Shown: positions 27,203 through 37,150 of the stretch, in pieces
How the letters are laid out: every line of letters begins with the position of its first letter
Numbering within the stretch: position 1 is the stretch's first letter
Assembly (NCBI GenBank): GCA_024641325.1
Contig: JAHEDJ010000001.1
Location: 151,594 to 215,593, forward strand
DNA: 64,000 bases
Origin: a bacterium
Lineage (GTDB): Bacteria; Actinomycetota; Acidimicrobiia; Spongiisociales; JAHEDJ01
Direction of reading: 5' to 3'
Position numbers and translations under genes: made by a program
Notes under the pieces: generated by a model
What the model was told of the DNA's origin: nothing
The model's input: the letters and a program-made list of their open reading frames with translations, nothing else
Databases searched by the model: none

Positions 27203-27813
27203 CTTCGCCGGTTAGCTTCGATCCCGACGCCTGGAAGGGGATTGCCACTGCCAACCTCTCCGATGTTGTGGGTCGAATGGGCGCGATGGACGGTGGCATT
27301 CGGCGGCTGAGCGGCAAGCAATTGGCCGGCCCGGCTCACACCGTCACGACTGGTATCGGAGACTCTTCGAGTATCCATAGAGCGCTGGCAGACGCAGAAC
27401 CCGGCTCCGTTCTCGTCGTCGATGCGCAGGGCGGCACTGCCCGGGCGGTTTGGGGCGCGGTCATGACCGTGGCTGCGATCGAGCGAGGCGTCGTTGGTGT
27501 GGTCATCGACGGCGCCGTTCGAGACCTCGATGAAATCAATTCCCTGGAATTCGCGGTCTATGCCCGGGCGACCTGCCCGGCAGGTCCTCACAAGGGCTTC
27601 CGGGGAGTTCATGGTATTCCGATCCAGTGTGGAGGGGTTGTGGTCAACCCCGGCGACATAGTCGTAGGCGATGCCGACGGAGTCACCGTTGTCCCTGCGA
27701 GCGACATGTCAAAGGTGTTGAGTGCGGTCGAAAGCCTGGCAGCCCAAGAACGGAAGTGGATGGGTCGCATCCGTTCCGGTGAATCCACGGTAGATATCCT
27801 CGGGTTGGATTAG
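27199..27813 (+). CDS. RraA-like / 4-hydroxy-4-methyl-2-oxoglutarate aldolase family protein
   Basis: 204 aa with an RraA/MenG-like fold pattern (ANLSDVVGRMGAM...GGTARAVWG). Confidence 0.6.
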   Translation: MTSPVSFDPDAWKGIATANLSDVVGRMGAMDGGIRRLSGKQLAGPAHTVTTGIGDSSSIHRALADAEPGSVLVVDAQGGTARAVWGAVMTVAAIERGVVGVVIDGAVRDLDEINSLEFAVYARATCPAGPHKGFRGVHGIPIQCGGVVVNPGDIVVGDADGVTVVPASDMSKVLSAVESLAAQERKWMGRIRSGESTVDILGLD

Positions 27814-27874
27814 TACGGCCGCGGCATTGACTGCCGCGGCCGTACTCAGTGTTTCGTGGTTTGCAGCGCCGTCG

Positions 27875-29107
27875 CTAGCCGACGCGGCTCGGCAAGACCT
27901 CCCGGACGATCTCTAAGAAATCGTCGTTGTCGAGAAGCCCCTTCTTGGCAAGCGACTTGCCCTTGACTTCAGCGAGGATCGTTTCGATCTGGGACGTTTC
28001 TGCGTCGTTGATTCCGTTCTTGCCCAGCCAGATGGCCACCGAATCTAGGCCCGAACCCTTGCCGAGTACCGACTCGGGCTGAGGTTGGCCGACCAGTTCG
28101 GGCCGGTAGGGGAAGGGTTCGGTGAGGTCGTCTCCGACGTTCTTCAGCCAGGTAGTGATGATTCCAGACTCAACGTTGAACAGCTTCTCGCCGGTCACGG
28201 GCCGGTTGGCCGGCTGCTGCACTCCTGAGAGTTCGGCAACTAGACGGGCAATCTCAGTGAACTTCTCCGTCTTGATCCCGAGGTCCATCCCGTACATCGT
28301 GAGGAGCGCCAATACTGTTTCTTCCGTCGGGGCATTGCCTGCCCGCTCGCCGATGCCGCTAACTGTGGTCTGCAGTACAGAGGCGCCTTCTCCGGCTGCC
28401 AGAATCGTGTTGGCGACACCCATACCGAAGTCCATATGGAAGTGTGTTTCGACCGGAACCTTCAGACGTTCCCGCACGCGGCGCGTGTAGTAGGTGATGG
28501 CATGGGGCGAACACACACCAAACGTATCCACGAGACCGATATTGTCGACATATCCGTTTGTCGCCACAGCTTCGAGATCATCCAGCAAGTCGGTCATCGT
28601 GGCGCGGGTCGCGTCGATTGGAAAGAACGTTACTTTCAAACCGTTCTCGTGCGCGAAAAGCGTCGACTCGACCGATGCTTCGATTGCTCGCTCGATCGGC
28701 CACCGGTAGGCCTTCTCGATCACATGGTGACTCGCCGGTACCTCCATGATCACACCCGACACGCCACATTCGAGCGCCAACTCGACGTCGCTCACCATGC
28801 AACGGGAGAATGCGTAGATTTCTGCATCGAATCCCGCCGCTGCGATCCGCTTCACAGCCTCGGTGTCAGAAGGCGAAACAGCCGGAAGGCCAGCCTCGAT
28901 CCTGTGAATCCCTGCTTCCGACAACGCCTCAGCGATCCGTACTTTCTCGTCGGCCGTAAACTCCACACCCGCCTGCTGTTCGCCGTCACGCAGCGTCACG
29001 TCGTGGATCTGGATCTTTTCAGGGAGTTGGAACGAGTCCGTGACCTCGGGCAAGTAATTCCATGGACTGGAGAAGAACAGATCTGTTTTCCAGGGACCCT
29101 CTGACAT
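27875..29107 (-). CDS. HMGL-like (DRE-TIM) aldolase/synthase family protein (LeuA/4-hydroxy-2-oxovalerate aldolase-like)
   Basis: DVTLRDGEQ signature. Start at the ATG 29107 (MSEGPWK) or 29143 (MQDRTS). Confidence 0.6.
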   Translation of the reverse strand: MSEGPWKTDLFFSSPWNYLPEVTDSFQLPEKIQIHDVTLRDGEQQAGVEFTADEKVRIAEALSEAGIHRIEAGLPAVSPSDTEAVKRIAAAGFDAEIYAFSRCMVSDVELALECGVSGVIMEVPASHHVIEKAYRWPIERAIEASVESTLFAHENGLKVTFFPIDATRATMTDLLDDLEAVATNGYVDNIGLVDTFGVCSPHAITYYTRRVRERLKVPVETHFHMDFGMGVANTILAAGEGASVLQTTVSGIGERAGNAPTEETVLALLTMYGMDLGIKTEKFTEIARLVAELSGVQQPANRPVTGEKLFNVESGIITTWLKNVGDDLTEPFPYRPELVGQPQPESVLGKGSGLDSVAIWLGKNGINDAETSQIETILAEVKGKSLAKKGLLDNDDFLEIVREVLPSRVG

Positions 29108-29135
29108 GATGCTCCTCGATTTCGGCGACGTTCTA

Positions 29136-29155
29136 TCCTGCATCCTGTAGGATAT
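29136..29155. promoter_or_regulatory. operator-like inverted repeat ATCCTgcATCCT-GT-AGGATat, related to the 22466-22499 palindrome
   Basis: GCATCCT and GTAGGAT are the outer halves of the 22466 palindrome arms. It lies in the divergent region between the HMGL-like and GntR genes. Confidence 0.3.
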
Positions 29156-29358
29156 CAGATCACTGGGTGTTGTGATCGACCGCCATCACGATGCTCCGCG
29201 CCGATTGAGCTTGGCTTGTGCCGCGGCCGCCACTGAGGTGCCCTGGGGCGAGAAGGTTCGAATATGCGGCCCGGACCGCGCCGGAAGCAGGCGGTCTATG
29301 GGCGCAGGTATAGAGAATTGACAGGTATGGCAATGACAAGAATCGAGGGGAGCACGGA

Positions 29359-30036
29359 GTGAACGATCCCACGGAGCAGGTGTTCGCCAATTCTGGTTCG
29401 ATTTTGAACGCTCGCCGAACGACTCATGAGCTCGTCCTTGAACTCCTGCGCGACAAGATCCTCGCCGGCGAGCTTGCCGCCGGCTCCCGGCTCGTTCAAT
29501 CCGACCTTGCGGAGATGATGGAGGTGAGCACTACTCCTGTGCGTGAAGCCCTGCGTGATCTCGCATCCGAAGGACTGGTGAGATTCGATCCGCATCGTGG
29601 GGCGGTCGTTCAGGAGCTGAGTCCGTTGGAGTTCAAAGAGATCTATGAAGTCAGAATGCTCCTCGAGCCAATGGCCATCCGCAAGGCAGTCGAGCGCATC
29701 ACGCCTGAGCATCTCAAACGCCTGGAGCGCCTCCACCTCCTCATGATGGAGGAGACGACTCCTGCCCGATGGGTCCAGTTGAATCGCGAGTTTCACATGG
29801 GGATCTACGAGACCAGCCTTTCACCCCGCATTGCGGGGATCATCCGGACTCTCCAGGATGCATCGGTGATGTACGTCGGGGTTGCCCTGGGAGCACCGGG
29901 TTTACTGAGCGAAGCCAACGAGGGTCATGGAGCGATTCTGGAGGCTATTCAGAACGGTGACCCGGAAGCGGCGGCCGAGGCGACCCTCTGTCACCTCCAA
30001 TCATCTATGGAAGCTTTCGATAGCGTTCTCGACTGA
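29359..30036 (+). CDS. GntR-family transcriptional regulator (FCD ligand domain)
   Basis: N-terminal wHTH (ELLRDKILAGELAAGSRLVQSDLAEMMEVSTTPVREAL) and an FCD-like C-terminus. Confidence 0.7.
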   Translation: MNDPTEQVFANSGSILNARRTTHELVLELLRDKILAGELAAGSRLVQSDLAEMMEVSTTPVREALRDLASEGLVRFDPHRGAVVQELSPLEFKEIYEVRMLLEPMAIRKAVERITPEHLKRLERLHLLMMEETTPARWVQLNREFHMGIYETSLSPRIAGIIRTLQDASVMYVGVALGAPGLLSEANEGHGAILEAIQNGDPEAAAEATLCHLQSSMEAFDSVLD

Positions 30037-30090
30037 TTGGCAGACGTTCTTGGCATCGAGAGTGCTCGCGACCAGCGACTCGCCGCCGGC

Positions 30091-30303
30091 TCAATAACCG
30101 TCGTGGCCGATGCGAACGTTGGCGACGAAGCTGCGGTCTTCTTCTTCGATTACGTCGAAGGTGATGCGTTGGCCCTGGCGGAGAAAGCGAAACATGCTGC
30201 CTTCCAGCGAACCGGGGCGAAGGTAGACCTCGTCTCGGTCGGGATCAAGGACGATGACGCCGGTTTGGGTGCCGGTGTCGTATGTCTTGACGACGCCCTG
30301 CAT
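30091..30303 (-). CDS. cold-shock-domain-like small protein
   Basis: 70 aa. GVVKTYDTGTQTGVI resembles the Csp RNP1 region. Confidence 0.4.
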   Translation of the reverse strand: MQGVVKTYDTGTQTGVIVLDPDRDEVYLRPGSLEGSMFRFLRQGQRITFDVIEEEDRSFVANVRIGHDGY

Positions 30304-30312
30304 GACGGTCGG

Positions 30313-30504
30313 CTAGGCCTTCTCGACCTTGCCGGCTTTGAGGCAGGAGGTGCAGACACGCACTCTTTTGGTGTTGGATCCGTGCCTGACGCGCACACGC
30401 TGGATATTGGGGGTCCAGCGACGGTTGGCACGCTTGTGCGAGAAGGAGACCTTCTTGCCGAAGCTCGGTTCTTTGTTGCAGACTTCACAGCGATAGGACA
30501 TCAA
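30313..30504 (-). CDS. rpmB: 50S ribosomal protein L28
   Basis: [38 protein letters not shown] is a clear L28. Confidence 0.9.
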   Translation of the reverse strand: MMSYRCEVCNKEPSFGKKVSFSHKRANRRWTPNIQRVRVRHGSNTKRVRVCTSCLKAGKVEKA

Positions 30505-30595
30505 TAAACCTTTGGGGAACGGCGCCAGAGCTTAGCACCGGAGCGATCTGCCGGGAAACCGTATACTCGGTCGATCCGACCCTAGGGACTTTTAC

Positions 30596-32203
30596 ATGCG
30601 GCTAAATGCCGGCCGCCTCAAGCGGATAATCGAACTCTACTACGACCGGCTTGGTGAACATCGCGAAGCTCTCAACCGGCTGAACGTCTACCCGGTCCCG
30701 GATGGCGACACCGGTACGAATATGCGGCTCACGGTCGGCTCGGTGATCGACGCTATCGGTGATGCGGAGAGTATGGCTGAGGTCTCACAGGCAATCGCCC
30801 ACGGGTCTCTGATGGGAGCCCGAGGCAATAGCGGCGTGATCCTCTCGCAGATTCTCCGGGGGTTGTCCGATACGTTCCGATCCCGGCCGGACGTCGGTTC
30901 CGCCGATCTCGTCGAGGCGCTCGACCTGGCTTCCGAGGCCGCCTATCAGGCAGTATTGCGCCCGGTGGAAGGAACGATTCTGACCGTGCTCCGGGTTGCC
31001 GCGGAAGCTGCTGCCGATGCGGATCCTGCAGCCGAAGAGGATCTCAGCACGTTGCTGGAACGCGTATACGAACGTGCCGAGCTGGCCTTGGAGCAAACTC
31101 CGGAACTGCTGCCTGTGCTCAAACAAGCAGGTGTCGTGGACGCCGGCGGTGCCGGTCTGTTGCTCTTGATCGGTGCCTTCCTCGAGGAAGTGACAGGAAA
31201 CGACGTTGTTTTCCCGGATCGCCTGTTTGTCGATGGGGTCGCAGCGGGAGGGGATTCCGGCCGGGACGCGGGGGGCCTCCGCTACGAGGTCATGTTCTTT
31301 CTCGAAGCTGAGAGAGTCGATGGTTTCCGAGAGACCTGGGGAGAGATCGGTGATTCGATCGTGGTCGTCGGCGGGGATGGCATGTGGAACTGTCACATTC
31401 ATACCGACCACATTGGCCCCGCCATTGAGGCTGGTATCGACGTCGGCCGGGTGCGTGACATTCGCGTGACGGACCTCATCGAGCAGGCCGGCGAACATGC
31501 ATTTCATGCGCCCGGATTCGAACCGATCCCCGAGTTCTATGAAGCCCCCATCGCCGTCGTGCCCGTGGCCGCAGGCGACGGCATAGCCGAGTTGTTCAGA
31601 TCCAACGGTGCATCCGGCATCGTCAGGGGTGGGCAGACGATGAACCCGTCGACTGCGGATCTACTCGAGGTTGTTGAATCGCTGCCGGCTGCAACGGTGA
31701 TCCTCTTGCCGAACAACAAGAACATCATTCCCGTCGCGGATCAGGTCGACGCGCACTCCACCAAACGAATCTACGTAGTGCCGACGCGATCTGTCCCGCA
31801 GGGGCTGGCTGCGATGGTTTCGTTCATGCCACATGCTCCCGACATTGAAGCCCTGATCGGCGCAATGAGAGGGGCGGCCGATTCGGTCATCACCGGAGAG
31901 GTAACACGGGCGGTGCGGGACGCCGTTGTCGATTTCGGCGAGATCCGCAAAGACGATTGGTTCGGATTGGCCGACGGTGAGATTACTTCTGCTTCCGAGT
32001 CCCTCACACAAGCGCTGGTTGCGCTGCTGGAGCACCTGGTCGATCCGGAACGAGAGTTGGTCACGCTCATCACCGGAGAAGGCGCTCTCGACGAAGCCAC
32101 CGAGGCCGCGGTGCGATGGATTGCCGAGCAACGTCCGGATGTTGAGATCGAGGTGGTCGTCGGTGGCCAACCGCTCTACCCCTACTATCTCTCGGTGGAG
32201 TGA
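30596..32203 (+). CDS. yloV: DAK2 domain fusion protein YloV
   Basis: DGDTGTNM DAK2 motif in a 535-aa protein. Conserved position upstream of recG. Confidence 0.8.
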   Translation: MRLNAGRLKRIIELYYDRLGEHREALNRLNVYPVPDGDTGTNMRLTVGSVIDAIGDAESMAEVSQAIAHGSLMGARGNSGVILSQILRGLSDTFRSRPDVGSADLVEALDLASEAAYQAVLRPVEGTILTVLRVAAEAAADADPAAEEDLSTLLERVYERAELALEQTPELLPVLKQAGVVDAGGAGLLLLIGAFLEEVTGNDVVFPDRLFVDGVAAGGDSGRDAGGLRYEVMFFLEAERVDGFRETWGEIGDSIVVVGGDGMWNCHIHTDHIGPAIEAGIDVGRVRDIRVTDLIEQAGEHAFHAPGFEPIPEFYEAPIAVVPVAAGDGIAELFRSNGASGIVRGGQTMNPSTADLLEVVESLPAATVILLPNNKNIIPVADQVDAHSTKRIYVVPTRSVPQGLAAMVSFMPHAPDIEALIGAMRGAADSVITGEVTRAVRDAVVDFGEIRKDDWFGLADGEITSASESLTQALVALLEHLVDPERELVTLITGEGALDEATEAAVRWIAEQRPDVEIEVVVGGQPLYPYYLSVE

Positions 32204-34830
32204 CCGGTCGAAGCCTCGCCTATCTGACGTCAGTCCCCATCGAGCAAGTCAAGGGCTTGACGGGGAAACGTGGTCAATCCCTGCGTAAGGCGGGTATTGC
32301 TTCTGTAACCGACCTCCTCTTGCATACTCCCCGGCGGTATCTCGATCGCAGCACCGTCACTCCAATCGACTCGATTCCGATCGGGGCGGAGGTGACGGTC
32401 ATGGGTCGAGTGCGCAAGGTATCTACGCGCCGACCTCGTCGGAATCTGACGATCGTTGAGGCGGACATTGCGGATGAAACAGGCAGTTTCCGGTGCGTGT
32501 GGTTCAACCAGGCGTTTCGTGCTCGCCAGCTCACAGAGGGTGCCGAAGTTGCAGTGAGCGGCAAGCTCGAATCGAAAAAGGGCAGATTGCAAATGAACAG
32601 TCCTGCCGTCGACATGCTGACCAGCGACCTCGAATCATTGGTAACGGGACGTGTCGTTCCGATCCACCCATCGATCGGGGAAGTCGGACCCGGTCACATG
32701 CGCCGGGCCGTACACAACGCCCTGTTGCGATCGAGACCGGTGCTTGATCCGTTGCCGGTGGACCTCGTCGTCCGCCTCAACCTGATCGACCGCGACCGGG
32801 CGATCGCCGAAATGCACTTCCCCGAGACGATGGAGGACGTGCAGCCCGCCCGCCGGCGGTTGGTCTTCGATGAGTTGTTCCGCCTCGAAGTGGCGCTGGC
32901 TTTGAACAAGCGCCGCATGATCGATCAAGCGCAGGGATTCAGCCATCGCGTCAACCCACATCTCGTGCGCCGTTACTTGTCGCTGGTGGCAACCCGGATG
33001 AAGCTGCAATGGATGGCGCATGACGGCGCACCAGATGAGTTCATCGCTGAGATTGCGGCCTCTCTTGATGGAAACATCGCGACGCTCCTCGCTTCGGCTT
33101 CGGGAGAAATCGAAGACGTCGCGAAGATCGAGTCTTTGGCAGGACAGGTTCCCGAACTGACCGACGCCCTTCTGGCGGTGGCGGCCGAAGAGCGCCGCGA
33201 CGCCGAGGAGGTTCGCCGCATCGGGAAGGCCGTCGGCGCTCTACTGGACTCACCGGAGAAACTCGTGAGCAGCACCGGCGAACTGGTGAACTCGATGGAG
33301 AGGATGACCGGGAGCGGCGAAGCAAAGGGTATCTACCCGGCTGAAATCCAGGGCCTCCTGGTCGGTGTGGAGGCGAACGCGCCTGGTACCCGGCTGGCCG
33401 GACGGGAGGCGAATCCGATGTCATCGGCGTTTGCCCACAACCTTCCTTTCCCGCCGACAAACGCTCAGATCCAGTCGATCTACGACATTCTCAGTGATCT
33501 GGCTGCTCCGCATCCAATGCACAGGCTGCTGCAGGGCGAGGTGGGATCGGGCAAGACGCTGGTTGCGGTATTCGCCCTACTGGCCGCCGTGGGCAGCGGC
33601 TATCAAACGGCGGTCATGGCGCCGACCGAAGTGCTGGCCGTGCAGCACTTCCTGGGGATCTCCGGTCTCATCGAATCGGCCGGAATGGAACCACCCACCA
33701 GTGACGGGAGTGGGATGGAATCGCTGTTCGTGGAGGAACCGGGCGACCACCAGGTATCGATGGCGCTACTGACCGCCAGTCATGCCGAAGTCAACTTCCG
33801 ACCGCGTGGAACCACGAAACGCGAAGAGCTCGTCGGTTGGATAGGTGAAGGAAAGATCGACGTGGTAGTCGGCACTCATGCCTTGATACAGGAGGGTGTC
33901 CATTTCAACCGCCTCGGGTTGGCCGTTGTCGATGAGCAACACCGTTTTGGCGTCCATCAGCGGGTGCTTCTCAAGGAAAAGGCCGTCGATGTAGACCCCG
34001 ATCTGTTGATCATGACCGCAACGCCGATCCCACGAACGTTGTCGATGACGCTGTACGGCGATCTCGATGTTTCGGTGCTCGATGAGATGCCGCCCGGTCG
34101 AACACCGGTCGAGACCCGCGCCGTTGATCCGGCGGCACTGTCCGGCGTGTACGAGGAGGTCCGGGAACAAGTCGCCCGGGGCAGACAAGCCTTCTATGTG
34201 TGCCCGCTGGTCGAGGACAGCCAGAAGATCGAAGCTGCCTCCGCCACCGCCGAGTACGAACGTCTGCAAGGCGTGTTTCCCGATCTGCGGCTCGGGCTCC
34301 TGCACGGTCAGATGCCGTCGAAGGAGAAAGAAGCAGTGATGAGGGAGTTCAGGGAAGGGCGCATCGACATCCTGGTGGCCACAACTGTTATCGAGGTTGG
34401 TATCGACATCCCGAACGCGACAATGATGGTCATTCAGGACGCCGACCGATTCGGACTGAGCCAGCTTCACCAACTGCGCGGCCGTGTTGGGCGAGGAGAC
34501 CATGTCTCCTTCTGCATCCTCGTGGCCGACCCGACCACCGACGAGGGCGAAGCACGAATCGCGGCAATGGTCTCCACGAACGACGGGTTCAGGCTGGCCG
34601 AAGAGGACCTGCGGATCCGCGGGCAGGGAACGGTCTTCGGCACCCGCCAGTCCGGGCTGGCTGATCTGAGACTCGCCGATATTCTCAAAGACACCGACAC
34701 GCTCATCGCAGCCAGGCGAGAGGCTTTCGATCTGGTTGCTCGCGATCCTGAACTCGTCGCACATCCCGACATCAGAGACGAGATCAGAGAAATGCTCGGT
34801 GACGCCGTCGAGTGGTTATTCGTCTCATGA
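32200..34830 (+). CDS. recG: ATP-dependent DNA helicase RecG (long form with insertions)
   Basis: LLHTPRRYLDRS wedge region, motif I QGEVGSGKT, DEQHRFGV and QLRGRVGRG. 876 aa. Confidence 0.9.
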   Translation: MTGRSLAYLTSVPIEQVKGLTGKRGQSLRKAGIASVTDLLLHTPRRYLDRSTVTPIDSIPIGAEVTVMGRVRKVSTRRPRRNLTIVEADIADETGSFRCVWFNQAFRARQLTEGAEVAVSGKLESKKGRLQMNSPAVDMLTSDLESLVTGRVVPIHPSIGEVGPGHMRRAVHNALLRSRPVLDPLPVDLVVRLNLIDRDRAIAEMHFPETMEDVQPARRRLVFDELFRLEVALALNKRRMIDQAQGFSHRVNPHLVRRYLSLVATRMKLQWMAHDGAPDEFIAEIAASLDGNIATLLASASGEIEDVAKIESLAGQVPELTDALLAVAAEERRDAEEVRRIGKAVGALLDSPEKLVSSTGELVNSMERMTGSGEAKGIYPAEIQGLLVGVEANAPGTRLAGREANPMSSAFAHNLPFPPTNAQIQSIYDILSDLAAPHPMHRLLQGEVGSGKTLVAVFALLAAVGSGYQTAVMAPTEVLAVQHFLGISGLIESAGMEPPTSDGSGMESLFVEEPGDHQVSMALLTASHAEVNFRPRGTTKREELVGWIGEGKIDVVVGTHALIQEGVHFNRLGLAVVDEQHRFGVHQRVLLKEKAVDVDPDLLIMTATPIPRTLSMTLYGDLDVSVLDEMPPGRTPVETRAVDPAALSGVYEEVREQVARGRQAFYVCPLVEDSQKIEAASATAEYERLQGVFPDLRLGLLHGQMPSKEKEAVMREFREGRIDILVATTVIEVGIDIPNATMMVIQDADRFGLSQLHQLRGRVGRGDHVSFCILVADPTTDEGEARIAAMVSTNDGFRLAEEDLRIRGQGTVFGTRQSGLADLRLADILKDTDTLIAARREAFDLVARDPELVAHPDIRDEIREMLGDAVEWLFVS

Positions 34831-35081
34831 GAAGGAGTCCCAGCCTCCGAAACCGGTCCGACCGAATCAAGTCGGCGATCTAAGAATTGCCGAAGGCTTC
34901 TCCATTCAGTCGGCTTTCCATCGACGCGGGTTCGATCTAGTTGATGACCCCGCCCCATTCGTGGGTGCGATCACCGAACCCGTCTTGGATTATCGAGAAC
35001 AGTCCGGCGAGATCGAGTCCGAAGGCAATGATCGCCAGTACGACGAAGCGTTTGAAATCCGGACAAGTAGCCTGGCCACTC

Positions 35082-35624
35082 ATGAGAATCATTGCCGGCC
35101 AAGCGCGAGGTCGCCGTTTGAGCAGCCCTAGGGGTATGGCGACCAGGCCGATGATGGATCGCGCTCGGGAGGCCCTCTTTTCTTCGCTCGGCGATCTCAT
35201 TCCGGCCAGTCGGGTTCTCGACCTCTACGCAGGATCCGGTTCGCTGGGATTGGAGGCGCTCAGCAGGGGAGCCGATTCAGTCGTCTTCGTCGAGCAGGGG
35301 CGACCGGCACTCGAGGCTCTTCGGGAGAATGTGAGGACGGTGGGACTCGGGGGTTCCGTCGTTGCCAAAGATGTTGGCAAATACCTCACGACACCGGGAG
35401 ATCAATTCGACCTGGTGTTCGTCGACCCTCCATATGCGCTGGATCTAGCTTCCGTAAGTGAGATACTGAAACTCATCGTCGGTAGGATTCCTGTCGGAGG
35501 TACCGTCGTTCTGCACCGTCCCGACGGTGAAGCCGAGCCGGAAGCGCCGGCCGGTCTGACCAGGGTCGATGCCCGTCGGTACGGAGGAACTCGCCTCTGG
35601 CGATACGAGAGGAAGATGCCTTGA
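35082..35624 (+). CDS. rsmD: 16S rRNA (guanine966-N2)-methyltransferase RsmD
   Basis: The ATG at 35082 gives MRIIAGQARGRRL...DLYAGSGSLGLEALSRGA...DPPY. The ORF track begins upstream at 34941. Confidence 0.8.
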   Translation: MRIIAGQARGRRLSSPRGMATRPMMDRAREALFSSLGDLIPASRVLDLYAGSGSLGLEALSRGADSVVFVEQGRPALEALRENVRTVGLGGSVVAKDVGKYLTTPGDQFDLVFVDPPYALDLASVSEILKLIVGRIPVGGTVVLHRPDGEAEPEAPAGLTRVDARRYGGTRLWRYERKMP

Positions 35625-36097
35625 CCATTGCACTTTGCCCCGGCAGTTTCGATCCGCCGACCAACGGGCACGTGGATGTGATCCAGCGGTCCCTCGCTAT
35701 CTTCGATGAGGTCGTCGTCGGCGTCATCGGCAATCCATCCAAGAGCCCGATGTTCAGCGCCGAGGAGCGCGTAGACCTACTCCGGAAGGTATTCACCGGT
35801 GTCGACCGGGTTGGCGTCGAGACTTTCGACGGGCTGCTCGTCGACTTCGCCGTTGGTCGAGGAATCGATGTGATCGTCAAAGGACTACGCGGGGTCGCCG
35901 ATTTCGACAGTGAACTCCAGATGGCACAGATGAATCATCACTTGTCGGGCATCGAGACTTGCTTCGTTGCCACCAACCCTTCACATGGGTACATCTCCTC
36001 ATCGCTCGTGAAAGAAGTGGCAAGATTGGGCGGAAACACCGACCGCCTGGTGCCGGCCGAAGTGCAGCAGGCGCTCAATGCAAAGGTGCCCCGATGA
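35621..36097 (+). CDS. coaD: phosphopantetheine adenylyltransferase
   Basis: MTIALCPGSFDPPTNGHVDVI is the PPAT signature. Confidence 0.9.
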   Translation: MTIALCPGSFDPPTNGHVDVIQRSLAIFDEVVVGVIGNPSKSPMFSAEERVDLLRKVFTGVDRVGVETFDGLLVDFAVGRGIDVIVKGLRGVADFDSELQMAQMNHHLSGIETCFVATNPSHGYISSSLVKEVARLGGNTDRLVPAEVQQALNAKVPR

Positions 36098-36621
36098 ACG
36101 AGATTCCAGGAAACCGGGAAACTGAAGAGCCGGTTGAGCTTCCGGATTCCACAGGCGTGGTCGAGCTCCTCGACGGTCTCATTCAAGGTGTTGAACAGGC
36201 TCGCTCCGTTCCACTCTCCGATCAGGTCCGGCTGGATCGAGAGGCAATGATCAACGCTCTCCAGGCGGTCAAGGCCGAACTTCCCGAAGAGCTGCGGACG
36301 GCACGCTGGATGATTCGCGAGCGCGAGGCGTTCATCGCTCGCACCCAGGAGAAAGCGGGACAAATCCGCCGGGAAGCCACCGATCGGGCGCACGAGCTCG
36401 TCAGTGATTCGCACATACTCGCCGAGGCAGTCGAGGAGGCGAACACGTTGGTGCGCCATGCCGAGGGTGATGCACGCCGGATTCGCCTGGAAGCCGAGGA
36501 TTTTGCCGAAGATCGTTTACAACACCTCGAGATACTCTTCGCCAATCTCCTCAGGCAAATTCGTGAGGCAAGGGCGGAGTTCCACCGGGCACGTCCGGCG
36601 CCGCCCGAGGTACCTGAATGA
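36094..36621 (+). CDS. hypothetical coiled-coil protein (175 aa)
   Basis: ATGA start-stop overlap with coaD. Charged helical sequence. Conserved position between coaD and yceD. Confidence 0.45.
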   Translation: MNEIPGNRETEEPVELPDSTGVVELLDGLIQGVEQARSVPLSDQVRLDREAMINALQAVKAELPEELRTARWMIREREAFIARTQEKAGQIRREATDRAHELVSDSHILAEAVEEANTLVRHAEGDARRIRLEAEDFAEDRLQHLEILFANLLRQIREARAEFHRARPAPPEVPE

Positions 36622-37139
36622 GTGAATCTTCTTCTGAATCCCCTTCTTCGCCGTTCGTCGTTGCCGTCGGTGAGCTGAGACCAGGGGACCAGCGTGACTA
36701 TCAGGTCGAAGGACCCATCGACGTCGCGCTCGACAGTGGTCGCATCAAGAACGACGTCAAGTTCTCGTTCCGCGTCTCTTCCCTGTCCGAAGGTGTTGTC
36801 GCCAATGGAACGGGAACATTCACTGCCACCCTCACGTGCCACCGGTGCCTATCCGAATGGGAGGAAGACCGGTCGGTCGAGGTGATTCAGGTATACGAAC
36901 ACGTACCGGACGAAGACGGTCGACGCCTCGAGGCCGACGGGACGATTGATCTCGAGCCGGCGGTTCGCGATGAGGCCGTGCTCGACCTTCCGCTTGCCCC
37001 TCTGTGCCGACCGGATTGCAGAGGACTTTGCACTGAGTGCGGAACCGACTTGAATACCGATCCATGTTCCGGCCATACTGACGAGTCGGATCACCCACTT
37101 GCTGCCTTGCGGCAGTTGTTGGACCCTCAGGACACCTAA
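36618..37139 (+). CDS. yceD: YceD/DUF177 family protein (large-subunit rRNA/L32 accumulation factor)
   Basis: CHRCLSEW...LCRPDCRGLCTECGTDLN Cys pattern. Immediately upstream of rpmF. Confidence 0.75.
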   Translation: MSESSSESPSSPFVVAVGELRPGDQRDYQVEGPIDVALDSGRIKNDVKFSFRVSSLSEGVVANGTGTFTATLTCHRCLSEWEEDRSVEVIQVYEHVPDEDGRRLEADGTIDLEPAVRDEAVLDLPLAPLCRPDCRGLCTECGTDLNTDPCSGHTDESDHPLAALRQLLDPQDT

Positions 37140-37150
37140 GGAGTGCGCCC

